From Promethearchaeota archaeon Loki_b31 (GTDB taxonomy: Archaea; Asgardarchaeota; Lokiarchaeia; Sigyniarchaeales; SOKP01), in NCBI GenBank assembly GCA_005222975.1, contig NJBI01000004.1:32742-96741 (forward strand): a DNA stretch of 64,000 bases, read 5' to 3'. The notes under the pieces were generated by a model. The model did not search any database and was not told the origin of the DNA. It was given only the letters and a program-made list of their open reading frames with translations. Of the stretch, positions 18,324-27,709 are shown piece by piece; within the stretch, counting starts at the first letter, position 1; each line of letters opens with the position of its first letter. Made by a program: the position numbers and the translations under genes.

Positions 18324-21300
18324 ATGAAGTTTTTGAATCTTAAAAAAAAAAATGAAATCTTTTTGCTATTGTATATATCTATCTTAGTATTCTCTTCTTT
18401 AGGTTCTATAATTACTTTTTACAAATTTACAGATATTGAATCTATCTCTTCAGACAATGATACTGAGAATGATCTAAATACTGCTGAAACTTTTATATAT
18501 ACTCTAAATGGTAAGAAATATTTGGCTGAATATATTACAAGAGAAAAAGTAGAAGAAATGAAAGAACAAATTGGGGTAATAGATCCTAATAAAAATTATA
18601 ATCAAATCATTGATGGACACGGCACTGGATACGCACCTCCAACAGAAGAAAGTTTGGAAAATCTAATTGGAAAAATATCTTTATTACATGAAATCAGAGA
18701 TCCTTCCCAGCCTTCCGCTTACAGAGCAGCCATAGATCTTTCTGGGCAAATATACTTTCCTATTGTAGGAGATCAAATGTCACAAGGGTCTTGCTCAGCA
18801 TGGGCGAACGCTTATTATGCTTATGGATATTTGGAAGCTAAAGATTATGGTTGGGACGCAAGTTCTGGAAATCCTGATTATTTATTAAGCCCAGCGTGGG
18901 TTTATAATAAAGTTGCTGCTTTTGATTACGGCTCTGTACCTAGTCACAACGGTTTACTTATACAAGAGTGGGGTTGTGCTACTATGACTACAATGCCTTA
19001 TAATGATGCTGACGTTGATAGTTGGGGCGATGAACCTGCTTGGAGAGAAGCTCCATATCATAGACTTCTTGATTTCACTTTAATGTCCTATGTGGGACCT
19101 TCAACGATCGATACAATCAAAAGTTTAATCGATGGTGAAACTCCTGTAACATTTGGTATCGACGCATACCAATTTTCGAACGGATTAGACGATTTTACTG
19201 AAGATTTTATATTATCTTCTGTAGAATATGATGATAGTGGTTCTCTTAATCATGCACAATGCATTGTCGGATATGATGATTCGGTAACAGAAGGTAGTGA
19301 TGTTGGTGCGTTTAGAGTAGTTAATTCATGGGGAGATTGGATGGATAGCGGTTATTACTGGTTTACCTATGATGCATTCAATGAAATTGGAGATGTCTTT
19401 GGCCAAGAAATTATGTTTTTTTCCGATAGAATAGGTTATAATCCGAGTTTGATTGCCACTTGGGAATTTGCTCCTGCACCCACTCGGATGGACGATATTA
19501 TCACATTAGGAGTGGGGCCACATGATGCACCTTTAGATACAATAACCCCCCATTATGATAACGATGAAATTAATTTATTCCCGGAATTTATGGCTTTAGA
19601 TATCTCGGAGTTCCAATCTTATTATGATTTAAATAATGATGTGTTATTTTATTTAGAATTAGGATCATCACACACATCTGGGATAATCTCTTCTTTCCTT
19701 ATTGAGAGATATATCTCTGGAGCTCTACAAGAAATTACACCCGAGTCACCAGATGTTCCCAAGACTACTCCCGGATATGTATACGGTACATTCATGGCTT
19801 TAGATCATGAATTAAAAGTATATTTGGAGGTTCCAGAAGATCCTAGTATTTACAGCACCTATATCATTAATGCAACAGTGACTAATACCGGTTTGAACGA
19901 TGAATATGATGTTGATTTATTGCTATATCTTGATGACGTAATTGTCAATTCAATTACGATTCCGAGTTTACTTGTAGGCGCAAGCGAAATAATTAATTAT
20001 ATGTGGACGCCAACCGGATATAAAACCTACAATTTCACTGCTTATGCTCCACCAGTACCAGGTGAAAGCTTTACATCGAACAATATTCTAACTGAATTAA
20101 TTACTTTAAGAATAACCATCTTTTTCGAGGATTTTGAAAGTGGATTATCTCAGTGGGATACAATTACAGGTTTATGGCACTTAACGGATGACAGTAGCGC
20201 TTGGCCTGATCCCTATCATTCTCCTACGCATTCAATGTGGTTTGGTCAAGAAGCAACAGGTGATTACGATACGGGGTTCCGGGAAATGGGAGATTTAATT
20301 TCAGTACCTATAGATTTATTTGATACTACAGATACTATATTGAATTTTTTCCATTGGAGAGAAAGTGAACAAGGTTTTGATTATTCATATGTTTATATTT
20401 CAATAGACGGTATTAATTGGGATCTTCTTTATAAAACTGATGCTAATATTTTACCGTGGGAAAAAGTATCTTTAGACATTTCAAAATATGCTGGCAATTC
20501 ATCCGTGCAACTCAGGTTCTTTTTTGATACGACAGATTCAATTGCTAACAATTATAGAGGATGGCTAATAGATGATATTGAAATTTTGGGCACAGGTGCT
20601 TATGATCACGATTTGAGTGTGTCATTAGAAGTTCCAACTAATCCAGAAATTGATCAGACTTACATCATAGATGCGACTGTTATCAATAATGGTGAAAATG
20701 ATGAAACTAACGTTGATCTATTTTTATACCTTGATGACGTAATTGTCAATTCTATTACGATTCCGAGTTTACTTGTAGGCGCAAGCGAAATAATTAATTA
20801 TATGTGGACTCCAACCGAATATAAAACCTACAATTTCACTGCTTATGCTCCACCTGTACCTGATGAAGAATTCATAAATAACAATATCGCAACTGAGATA
20901 ATACCAATTGTGGATATTAAATTATTCGATGGAATGTTCATCAATTATACTTTCACTATTTTTGATACTGTTTACCCTTCAGAGTTTACATACTCCTATG
21001 TCTCAGGAAAAATCTTTCATGTTGATTGGCTTATGCCAACCCAACTTCAGTATTGGGACGTTGATGCGCAAACAAGAATTATGCAAGGTTCTTCAGGTGG
21101 CTTTGCTTTTGGAGATGGATATCATACTCCTATATGGATTTTTACCGATGTATCTTTAGGTGACGAAATTTTAATTGCTGCCGATGCTGAAGGTGATCAT
21201 CTTTTCAGCGTAGCAGGCGAATTAATCTATGATCTACCCGGTTTTGGACCGGTAGATGTGTGGGTGCTAGAAGATTTAGATCTTCCTGGTGGAGTTGCTT

Positions 21301-22607
21301 GGTATGAAAAAAGTACTGGAATTCTCTTGAATGGCACGTTTTACTTTTCGGGAGGAGCAAGTTGGTATACATTTGATTTCGTAGATACTAATGTTGAATT
21401 TACTTATATTTCCTTTGATCATGAATTAAGCGTTTCTTTAGATACTCCTGTGAATCCTAAAATTGGAAATTCCTACATAATCGATGCAACAGTGACTAAT
21501 GACGGTTTGAACGATGAATATGATGTTGATTTATTGCTATATCTTGATGACATAATCGTCGAGTCAACCACTATTTCGAGCCTTCCTGTTGGTGCTAGTG
21601 AAACTATTAGTTATATGTGGATTCCACCAGATTTTGGATCTTACAATTTTACTGCCTACGCTCCCCCTGTGACTGATGAAATACACACTGGAAACAATTT
21701 CATAACCAAAATAATACCTATTGTTGATACTAAATTATTCGATGGAATGTATATTGAGCATATTTACACTGAATCTAGTTCTGGCCCTTCAATGTTTTCA
21801 TATTCTTATTACTCAGGTAGTCTATTTATTGAAACTTGGGATATTATGGGATTTTCTATTCCATGGTATGTTGATTCTCAGACAAGACTTATGTCAGGTG
21901 GGTCAGTTTTTGGTGATGGCACACATACTCCGGCGTGGATTTTTACCGATGTATCTTTAGGTGACGAAATTTTAATTGCTGCCGATGGTGAAGGCGATCA
22001 TCTTTTCAGCGTAACAGGCGAATTAATCTATAATCTACCTGATTTTGGACTAATAGACGTATGGGTTTTAGAAGATTTAGATCTTCCTGGTGGAGTTGCT
22101 TGGTATGAAAAAAGTACCGGAATTCTCTTGAATGGAACATTTTACTATTCTGGAGGAACATATTGGTATACATTTGATTTCGTAGATACTAATGTAGAAT
22201 TTATTTATGCGGTCCCACCCGGTCCTTTCGTATTATCATCTAATGCTGAAACTCCCGACGACAATGGTAATTTTGATCTAAATTGGACTGCGTCTGATGG
22301 TGCATTGAATTATTTTGTATATCAATATTCTAGTTATATCACTGAAATCAATGGAAGTTTAACCCTTTTAGGAGATGGAATAACAGATCTTTCTCTTGCT
22401 TTGAGTGGTTATACTGATGGAACCTATTACTTTATCGCTGTCGCACATAACGCCTATGGTGATACTCGATCAAATTGCATCGAAGTTGTTGTTCAAATAC
22501 CAAGTGATGGAGGAATTCCTGACTACTACTTCATATTTGCAGCAATTGGTATAATTGTAGTAATAGGTATAGTTATTGCTATAATAATTATAAAACGACG
22601 TAAATAA
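18324..22607 (+). CDS. giant surface protein G2: signal anchor, C1 papain-like cysteine peptidase head, 3 CARDB, MAM/jelly-roll-like domain, 2 unknown ~160-aa modules, FN3-like, C-terminal TM anchor
   Basis: C1 motifs are QGSCSAWA (Cys), NHAQCIVGYDD (His) and VVNSWGDWMDSGYYW (Asn/Trp), at about 18750-19440. Modules and approximate coordinates:
- CARDB: 19798-20110, 20602-20915 and 21413-21727
- MAM-like FFEDFESG...GWLIDDIEI: 20113-20595
- WYEKSTGILL modules: 20921-21412 and 21733-22207
- FN3-like: 22210-22500
- Anchor: IPDYYF + TM + KRRK. Confidence 0.88.
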   Translation: MKFLNLKKKNEIFLLLYISILVFSSLGSIITFYKFTDIESISSDNDTENDLNTAETFIYTLNGKKYLAEYITREKVEEMKEQIGVIDPNKNYNQIIDGHGTGYAPPTEESLENLIGKISLLHEIRDPSQPSAYRAAIDLSGQIYFPIVGDQMSQGSCSAWANAYYAYGYLEAKDYGWDASSGNPDYLLSPAWVYNKVAAFDYGSVPSHNGLLIQEWGCATMTTMPYNDADVDSWGDEPAWREAPYHRLLDFTLMSYVGPSTIDTIKSLIDGETPVTFGIDAYQFSNGLDDFTEDFILSSVEYDDSGSLNHAQCIVGYDDSVTEGSDVGAFRVVNSWGDWMDSGYYWFTYDAFNEIGDVFGQEIMFFSDRIGYNPSLIATWEFAPAPTRMDDIITLGVGPHDAPLDTITPHYDNDEINLFPEFMALDISEFQSYYDLNNDVLFYLELGSSHTSGIISSFLIERYISGALQEITPESPDVPKTTPGYVYGTFMALDHELKVYLEVPEDPSIYSTYIINATVTNTGLNDEYDVDLLLYLDDVIVNSITIPSLLVGASEIINYMWTPTGYKTYNFTAYAPPVPGESFTSNNILTELITLRITIFFEDFESGLSQWDTITGLWHLTDDSSAWPDPYHSPTHSMWFGQEATGDYDTGFREMGDLISVPIDLFDTTDTILNFFHWRESEQGFDYSYVYISIDGINWDLLYKTDANILPWEKVSLDISKYAGNSSVQLRFFFDTTDSIANNYRGWLIDDIEILGTGAYDHDLSVSLEVPTNPEIDQTYIIDATVINNGENDETNVDLFLYLDDVIVNSITIPSLLVGASEIINYMWTPTEYKTYNFTAYAPPVPDEEFINNNIATEIIPIVDIKLFDGMFINYTFTIFDTVYPSEFTYSYVSGKIFHVDWLMPTQLQYWDVDAQTRIMQGSSGGFAFGDGYHTPIWIFTDVSLGDEILIAADAEGDHLFSVAGELIYDLPGFGPVDVWVLEDLDLPGGVAWYEKSTGILLNGTFYFSGGASWYTFDFVDTNVEFTYISFDHELSVSLDTPVNPKIGNSYIIDATVTNDGLNDEYDVDLLLYLDDIIVESTTISSLPVGASETISYMWIPPDFGSYNFTAYAPPVTDEIHTGNNFITKIIPIVDTKLFDGMYIEHIYTESSSGPSMFSYSYYSGSLFIETWDIMGFSIPWYVDSQTRLMSGGSVFGDGTHTPAWIFTDVSLGDEILIAADGEGDHLFSVTGELIYNLPDFGLIDVWVLEDLDLPGGVAWYEKSTGILLNGTFYYSGGTYWYTFDFVDTNVEFIYAVPPGPFVLSSNAETPDDNGNFDLNWTASDGALNYFVYQYSSYITEINGSLTLLGDGITDLSLALSGYTDGTYYFIAVAHNAYGDTRSNCIEVVVQIPSDGGIPDYYFIFAAIGIIVVIGIVIAIIIIKRRK
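20921..22454 (+). repeat. 1,534-bp block identical to 36085..37618 (direct repeat, offset 15,164 bp)
   Basis: Every line I compared is identical. The in-frame translations are identical over about 511 aa, and the out-of-frame ORFs 21721..21960 and 36885..37124 are also identical. Confidence 0.85.
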
Positions 22608-22610
22608 TGA

Positions 22611-22700
22611 AGTGAATACTAAAAAAATCTTAAATTCTTTTTTTTTTCTTATTATTATATTGTTTATTTTCTAACTATGTCAGAAATTTAAAATTAAGAC
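22611..22700 (+). repeat. conserved 3'-flank element (copy 2, truncated)
   Basis: Matches 18028-18117 and 38084-38175. Homology stops at aaaattaagac, where the phosphatase-derived fragment begins. Confidence 0.8.
22638..22647 (+). terminator. oligo-T tract (T10) downstream of G2
   Basis: T10 lies about 30 nt after the tandem stop codons (taa tga) of G2. Confidence 0.45.
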
Positions 22701-22775
22701 CTTGAGACTAAAAATGAATTATGCTAGAAAAATGGCAAAAAAATATCAAAAAAACTGATAATGTAAAGTATTTAT
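22701..22775 (+). pseudogene. relic of the 3' end of the CX5R phosphatase gene
   Basis: cttgagactaaa..aatgaatt.tgc...gcaaaaaaatatcaaaaaaactgataatgtaaagtatttat matches 38725-38804, which spans the last codons, stop and 3' flank of 38332..38787. Confidence 0.75.
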
Positions 22776-22940
22776 GTCTAAGTGTCCTCCTGGAATAGAC
22801 CAATATCCCGCATCGGGATTGTACATTCTTTTAACGAGTAATAAGAATTTATTTCGAATCACTAAAACACCTACGCCTACTAAAGGAACAATAGGATAAT
22901 GCCTTAAGTCAAATGGGTTCAATTCTTTTTCATCCACCAT
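22776..22940 (-). pseudogene. 5' half of a Nudix hydrolase gene, truncated inside the Nudix box
   Basis: MVDEKELNPFDLRHYPIVPLVGVGVLVIRNKFLLLVKRMYNPDAGYWSIPGGHLD aligns with the N-terminus of 11903..12370. Homology ends after GGHLD, so the REx2EE catalytic part is missing. Confidence 0.8.
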
Positions 22941-23094
22941 TTTTAAATAATAAATTAGGTTATTTTTGTGTTAAACCTATAAAGATAGCATTTAATTATA
23001 AATTTCCTTTATAGGAATAAATTTAAAAAGGAAGTGGAGAACTAATTCATACCTTAAAAGTTGTTTTAAAAATTTTTAAGAGGCGAAATTTTAT
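22941..23094 (+). promoter_or_regulatory. conserved upstream region of papain-head genes (copy B)
   Basis: Near-identical to 18166-18323. It has the same GAGG-N11-ATG arrangement, but the palindrome is degenerate (ttcctttataggaa). Confidence 0.5.
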
Positions 23095-25659
23095 ATGAAG
23101 TTTTTGAATCTAAAAAAAAATGAAATCTTTTTGCTATTATATATATCTATCTTAGTATTCTCTTCTTTAGGCTCTCTAAATACTTTTTACAAATTTACAG
23201 ATATTGAATCTACTCTATCCAGTAATGTTGGAAATGATGGAATTTTTACCTATACTAAAAATGGTTTGGAATATTTTGCAGAGTTTATAACAAAAGAGAA
23301 AGTGGAATTAATGAAAAAACAAGTTAGAATCACAGATTACTGTAAAAATTCTAACCAAATCATCAATGGGATGGGCACTGGGGCTGAATCTCTAACAGAA
23401 GAGGCGTTGGAAAAGATGGTTGGGCAAATTATGATTTTGAATGTGATTAAAGACCCCAAAAATCCAGTAGATTCGAAAGCATCTTCTGATTTTTCTTCAG
23501 AAATCTATTTTCCCCCTGTAAGAAGTCAAGGTAGCCAAGGATCTTGCACCTCTTGGGCAAGCGTTTATTATTCAATGGGTTATTTAGAAGCAAAAGATTA
23601 TGGGTGGGATGCGAGTTCTGGAAATAATGCTTATCTGCTGAGTCCAGCTTGGTCCTATAATAAACTCACCGATGAGGGGTCAGGTACTAACCATATTGAG
23701 ACTGGGCTTCTTTTAGAAGAGTGGGGTGCAGCCACTTGGGAAACAATACCATATACAGACACTGATTACACTAATTGGGGTAATGAATCTGCATGGAGAG
23801 AAGCACCACTCCATAGACCCCTACAATTCAATTGGCTCTCCTACTTGGGAGATCCGACGATCACCACAATTAAAAATCTTATCGAGGGGGGAACTCCAGT
23901 GACATTTAATATCGATGCTAATGGATATAATCAGGGATTTGTTGATAATTTCATTATATCTTCTGCAGAATATTCTTCTAGTACAATCAACCACGCTCAA
24001 TGCATTGTTGGATTCGATGATAGTATAGCAGATGATGGTGATGTTGGCGCGTTTAGAGTCGTAAATTCATGGGGCGATAGCTTTGGCGATAGCGGTTTTT
24101 ACTGGTTGACCTACGAAGCACTAAAAGAAATTGGAGCCCTTGGGGATGGTTATATCCAAATAGGATGTTATGATGATAGAATTGATTATGAACCAAGTTT
24201 GATTGCTACATGGGAATTTAGCTCTGCTCCCACTCGGATGGACGATATTATCACATTAGGAGTGGGACCATATGATACACCTTTAGATATGATAACCCCA
24301 TTTTATGAATTATCTGAAATATATTTATTTCCTGAATTTATGGCTTTGGATATTTCGGAGTTCCAATCATATTATGATTCGAATAATAATGTATTATTTT
24401 ATCTAGAATTAGGATCATCAAACACGCCTGGGATAATCTCTTCTTTCCATATTGAGAGATATATATCTGGGGTTCTACAAGAAATTACACCCGAGTCACC
24501 AGATGTTCCCAGTACTACTCCAGGATATGTAATTGGTACATTCATGGATTTAGATCATGAAGTAAAAGTAGATTTAGAAGTTCCAACCAATCCAGAAATT
24601 GATCAGACTTACACCATAAATGCGACAGTAACTAATACTGGCAGTAACATTGAGACAAATGTTGATTTGTTTCTATATCTTGATAGTGTGCTTGTTAATT
24701 CAACTACAGTTTCAACTCTTTCTGTTGGTGCGAGTGATACAATTAATTGCGTGTGGACGCCAACCGAATATAAAACCTACAATCTCACTGCTTATGCTCC
24801 ACCTGTACCTGATGAGTATTATATTGATAACAATATCAAAACTAAGTTAATACTAATTAGCTTCCTTCAAAATTATAACATGATACCAGGTTATGATTAT
24901 AGTTGGATAGACGCTTCTGGTGGAACAGAACTATACTTAAATGATGATGATTATTCGACACAATCTTTACCTTTTGATTTCCAATTCTACAATAAAATCT
25001 TTTCAACAATCTATTTAGGATCAAACGGGTATCTTAGTTTCACAGATACTTCTCCGGATGAAGCTGGTAATGATCCAATTCCATCGGGAGACCTTGATAA
25101 TTATTATTTAATCGCTCCATTTTGGGATGATTTACGACCCACTTCTGGTGGTGGAAGTGGAAATATTTATGTACAATCTTTTGGCACATATTGGGTAGCA
25201 GAATGGGAAAATATTGAACATTATAATGGAAATTTAATTGGATCTTTTGAAGTTATCCTATATGACTCAGGAGAAATCATCTTTAATTATGATTACATTG
25301 ATTATGTGGGTGATGGATATACATGTGGATTAAATTTAGGTATAAATATTAGCTATTATAATTCATATCAAGGCTTAACAGCTTTAACTGATGATTTTGC
25401 CTTACGATTTATTATTGATCCTCAACCCGGTCCTTTCAATCTATCATCTAACGCGGGAACTCCCGATAATAATGGTGCGTTTGATTTATTTTGGACAAGT
25501 GCAGCAATAGCTATAGATTATTCCGTATATGAATATTCTAGCTATATCACTGAAACTAATGGAAGTTTGACCCTTTTAATTGATGGTACGACTGATCATA
25601 CACTTCCTTTAAGTAGCTATTCTAATGGAACATACTATTTTATTGTTGTCCCTATTTGA
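23095..25659 (+). CDS. surface protein G3: signal anchor, C1 papain-like head, CARDB, NIDO-like, 3'-truncated FN3-like module with no membrane anchor (possibly a pseudogene)
   Basis: C1 motifs QGSCTSWA, NHAQCIVGFDD and VVNSWGDSFGDSGFYW. CARDB lies at about 24550-24860 and NIDO-like (IAPFWDD) at 24868-25420. The FN3-like module breaks off at GTYYFIVV|PI-stop, where paralogs continue AHN.YGDT...TM. Confidence 0.75.
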   Translation: MKFLNLKKNEIFLLLYISILVFSSLGSLNTFYKFTDIESTLSSNVGNDGIFTYTKNGLEYFAEFITKEKVELMKKQVRITDYCKNSNQIINGMGTGAESLTEEALEKMVGQIMILNVIKDPKNPVDSKASSDFSSEIYFPPVRSQGSQGSCTSWASVYYSMGYLEAKDYGWDASSGNNAYLLSPAWSYNKLTDEGSGTNHIETGLLLEEWGAATWETIPYTDTDYTNWGNESAWREAPLHRPLQFNWLSYLGDPTITTIKNLIEGGTPVTFNIDANGYNQGFVDNFIISSAEYSSSTINHAQCIVGFDDSIADDGDVGAFRVVNSWGDSFGDSGFYWLTYEALKEIGALGDGYIQIGCYDDRIDYEPSLIATWEFSSAPTRMDDIITLGVGPYDTPLDMITPFYELSEIYLFPEFMALDISEFQSYYDSNNNVLFYLELGSSNTPGIISSFHIERYISGVLQEITPESPDVPSTTPGYVIGTFMDLDHEVKVDLEVPTNPEIDQTYTINATVTNTGSNIETNVDLFLYLDSVLVNSTTVSTLSVGASDTINCVWTPTEYKTYNLTAYAPPVPDEYYIDNNIKTKLILISFLQNYNMIPGYDYSWIDASGGTELYLNDDDYSTQSLPFDFQFYNKIFSTIYLGSNGYLSFTDTSPDEAGNDPIPSGDLDNYYLIAPFWDDLRPTSGGGSGNIYVQSFGTYWVAEWENIEHYNGNLIGSFEVILYDSGEIIFNYDYIDYVGDGYTCGLNLGINISYYNSYQGLTALTDDFALRFIIDPQPGPFNLSSNAGTPDNNGAFDLFWTSAAIAIDYSVYEYSSYITETNGSLTLLIDGTTDHTLPLSSYSNGTYYFIVVPI

Positions 25660-26408
25660 TAAGCGTATTCCGAAGTTCTAAAATGTGGTTTAAAAATTAA
25701 CTTAGTCATATTATTGAGGCTCTTAGAGTCCCAGAGCTCAAAGCTTTTGACGTATGCTTTAACCTCTTTTTCGCTCCAACTATCTACATGAGCGTGGTAG
25801 GTGGCATTAAATTTGATCATAGGAATTTTCTTTCGAGCGCAATTTTGTTTCACCAACAGGTCAACTGAAGGACCTTTCAACGGATCGGGACAAAATTCGC
25901 GCAACGCGATTTCTTCTTGCTCTTGGGCGCTGAAAAGCGAGTTCAAGCTTATATCTGCGATACCTTCACAAATGACGATGTAAGGATTGCATTGGAGAAG
26001 AATTGCTTGTTCAAAATGGTTGCGCTCGTTAAATAACTTATCTTCTGCCACTACAAATTGCGTGTGATGTCCTGGATAACACTCGTGCGCGCTAGTTCGC
26101 AGAATGCCCGTCCAATACATGCCAAAATCTAGCGTAACGTCTACAATGGACTTAAAGTTCCCTTGATACCAATTGTAGCTTACCCAATTTATACCGTCCG
26201 AAAATAGTATCGGATTCAACTCAATCTGCTCTCCTTTTGGGAGCATATCTGGAAATACTTCTTTTGTTCTTTCTTCGACGATTTTAACGCCTTTCTTAAA
26301 CGCTTCTAAGGCTTCTCTTTGGGGGAGTGCCCTCTCTACTCGTAATATTTCCATGCGTTTTTTTAGCGTACCGCTTACTTCGTACGCCTCGTAAATTTGG
26401 TCTTTCAA
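25635..26408 (-). pseudogene. DUF885-like (HExxPGHH metalloprotein) gene fragment, truncated at both ends
   Basis: AHECYPGHHTQF matches the HE..PGHH.Q signature of DUF885. Only about 130 aa precede it, where full-length family members have several hundred. The ORF opens with TTG, and the frame stays open a further 17 codons upstream without any ATG. The last 4 codons are antisense to G3-derived sequence. Confidence 0.45.
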
Positions 26409-26687
26409 ATCGCTAAGTTCTGATTCTTTAAAAGGTTTTACTTCAAAGTCGCATTGAATTTATGTTTCTGTATTGGAATGACTTCAATGTATCCCACCTG
26501 GGTGATAATAGGATTATTATATCCACCTATATTTAAATGAGAGAACTTTAAATGAGAAAATACTTTAATTTTTTCATCTTTTTCATTATATTATAGAGAT
26601 TAAATGAAATAATTATATTCATTCGACAAAATAAGCGGCAGAAGGTACGAATTTAAAATACGTTTTAACAAGAGAATTTTTGAGGAA

Positions 26688-27596
26688 TTATTTATTTAAT
26701 TCTTTTCCATACTTAATCCATTTTTCAATTGTTTTAGCTCCAACTCCAGGGACATTATCTATGATATCATTTACATCACACTTAATTAAATCATCAATTG
26801 ATTTAATACCATATTTATTTAACTCATATTCGTGATTATATCCTAATCCAGGAAGATCCTTTAAGTTGTATGTAAGTTTTAAACTCTTTTCAAATTGCTT
26901 TAATTCATCTTTTGAAAAATACAAGCTTTTTACCAAATCATTAAGTTCATCGTAATCCTTTTTTATGAATTTCTTTTCTAGTTTTTTAACTTTATCTACA
27001 ATTTGCTTTTCTAAATTCGGATCTATATTAACAGGTATGGGTAATTCTTCTAAAAATATTTTTTGGATTTTTGAGAATAATTTTTTATAAGAAAACAATG
27101 TTGTATAATATAAATTCATGAATTCGGAGTTTAAAATAGCCAGTATAAGTCTAATATTATAGGATTTTTTATCTATCATCCAGATCATTTGAACGGAATC
27201 AAGAGTATAAAAGTAATCTTCCTTCTTCTCTTTCTTAGTATCTAAGGCAGCAACAAGTTTATTGCTTATACGTTTTAAAACTATTTTTTCTTGTTTAAAC
27301 CAAGAATCTTGTTTAAGATTTACTTTAGAACCCTTAGGATAAGTACTTTTACTATAATCAATGTATTTTTGATAAAAACTTGCTGCTTTCCACTTTATTC
27401 TAAACCGTTCTATATTATCAACAGCAATTAACTTTCTTATTGTAGACTTTGTGGATGTTATTGCATCTAAGGCATCTTTTTTTTTGAGATTTTCAATTCC
27501 TCTTTGTATATTTACTATAGAACTTAATTTAACTAATGTTTTTTGATTTAATTTTATAAAAATGGATGCAAATACTAAACTCGTTATATTATTCAT
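26688..27596 (-). CDS. orphan TaqI_C-like target-recognition domain fused to tandem helix-hairpin-helix motifs (no methyltransferase domain)
   Basis: LSSIVNIQRGIE ... KIVLKRISNKLVAALD ... LILAILNSEFMNLYY ... LEELPIPV follows the TRD pattern of Eco57I/TaqI-class enzymes. The C-terminus LPGLGYNHEYELNKYGIKSIDDL and VPGVGAKTIEKWIKYG forms two HhH motifs. Confidence 0.6.
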   Translation of the reverse strand: MNNITSLVFASIFIKLNQKTLVKLSSIVNIQRGIENLKKKDALDAITSTKSTIRKLIAVDNIERFRIKWKAASFYQKYIDYSKSTYPKGSKVNLKQDSWFKQEKIVLKRISNKLVAALDTKKEKKEDYFYTLDSVQMIWMIDKKSYNIRLILAILNSEFMNLYYTTLFSYKKLFSKIQKIFLEELPIPVNIDPNLEKQIVDKVKKLEKKFIKKDYDELNDLVKSLYFSKDELKQFEKSLKLTYNLKDLPGLGYNHEYELNKYGIKSIDDLIKCDVNDIIDNVPGVGAKTIEKWIKYGKELNK

Positions 27597-27709
27597 TCGT
27601 ATTGAAAAAACATTTAGTGGATTATGATTGAAAAACCGTTGTTGAATGTAATGAGGTGTTATAATGTACTTTGAATAATTACCTTCCTTATCATTCTCTT
27701 GTAATTCTC

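Noticed and set aside
16831-22207. Regularly spaced repeats of about 300 bp that could superficially suggest a CRISPR-like or tandem-repeat array
   Set aside because: The units are in-frame CARDB and module-coding repeats 300-490 bp long. They lack the short repeat/spacer periodicity of CRISPR, and no cas genes are present.
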